Assembly (NCBI GenBank): GCA_036785375.1
Contig: JAWMAR010000045.1
Location: 7,192,001 to 7,256,000, forward strand
DNA: 64,000 bases
Source of the DNA: Leucoraja ocellata
Lineage: Eukaryota
Direction of reading: 5' to 3'
Shown piece after piece: positions 63,284 through 64,000 of the stretch (its first letter is position 1; each line of letters opens with the position of its first letter). The translations under genes and the position numbers were made by a program. The notes below the pieces were generated by a model that worked only from the letters and a program-made list of their open reading frames with translations, was not told the DNA's origin and did no database searches.

Positions 63284-63549
63284 TGTTATGGGACTAATTT
63301 TAACTCTACCCCTCCCGCCTCCTGGAGAAGGGCTGGACGCAAGGAGGTTCCATCTCCTGTAGTCATATGCTGCTAACTGGCTTTGTCCTGACGACTATTT
63401 TAACAGCTTCCTGTTGTCATTCAGGAAGCCCCTTGCCACTTTCCGAGCAAGCAAATCATTTTTATTTACGTTTTCACATGGGCAGGGAATTTCAAGAGTA
63501 ATTTCCGAGCAAGCTATTTTCCTCAATCACAACAGGAAACTGTACTATG

Positions 63550-63995
63550 CTGTCCTGGACCTCCTCCATTGCCAGAGGGAGGCCATGCACAATGTGGGAA
63601 CATCACCTCATATTCCGCTTGTGTAGCTTAAAACGGAATGGTCTGACCATTGAATTCTCCAATTGAATGTAGCTAACCTTCCCCCCACCTCTCCACACCT
63701 CCCCTTTGCCCCACCTAGACTCACATTTATTTCATCCCACCCCTTCCCTTCCACCTACATCCCATCCGCTAGTTTCACAATTTGTAACTCTTCAATCCTT
63801 TAGTCTCATGTCGTCTGTCTTTCGGCCTTAGTCCAACCAGCGGCCTATCAAAAACTGCCCTCACTTGTATCCATATCTCCATATCCACCTATTACATGCC
63901 AAGTGTAGGAAGGAACCGTTTAAACCGAAGATAGACACAAAATGCTGGAGTAACTCAGTGGGCCAGGCAGCATCTCTGGAGAGAAGGAATGGGTG
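63550..63995 (+). mobile_element. Penelope GIY-YIG C-terminal remnant (+) followed by an inverted terminal-repeat copy (63903-63995)
   Basis: VLDLLHCQREA..HLIFRL.SL..NGLTIEFSN is homologous to 60425-60545. The following GTGTAGGAAGGAAC..GACACAAAATGCTGGAGTAACTCAG..GCAGCATCTCTGGAGAGAAGGAATGGGTG is the repeat in minus orientation. Confidence 0.75.
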
Positions 63996-64000
63996 CTTTA

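Overview
Vertebrate nuclear DNA, most likely a cartilaginous fish (skate/ray-type). This is inferred from HE1-like V-SINEs, SacSINE1-like DeuSINEs and abundant CR1 LINEs. The only host coding sequence I can support is exon 1 of ephrin-A5 (EFNA5, minus strand, 42877-42995: signal peptide plus ADRYAVYWNSTNP, ending at a phase-2 GT donor), inside a GC/CpG-rich promoter. Positions 1-42876 are its very large intron 1, with long transposon-poor stretches and candidate enhancers. The upstream 45-64 kb is a dense pile of nested mobile elements. The most interesting non-obvious signal is a dispersed short repeat, about 10 copies, carrying a minimal hammerhead-ribozyme core (CUGAnGA-A-stem II-GAAACGUC). 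It is physically tied to Penelope GIY-YIG endonuclease remnants, and one inverted dimer sits inside a MITE. Also present are a composite non-autonomous Helitron with stacked 5' stubs, a full-length dead IR/DR Tc1 transposon, and a conserved 3' stem-loop shared by Rex1/Babar-type retroelements. All family names come from motif recognition by eye; no database search was run, and repeat boundaries are approximate.
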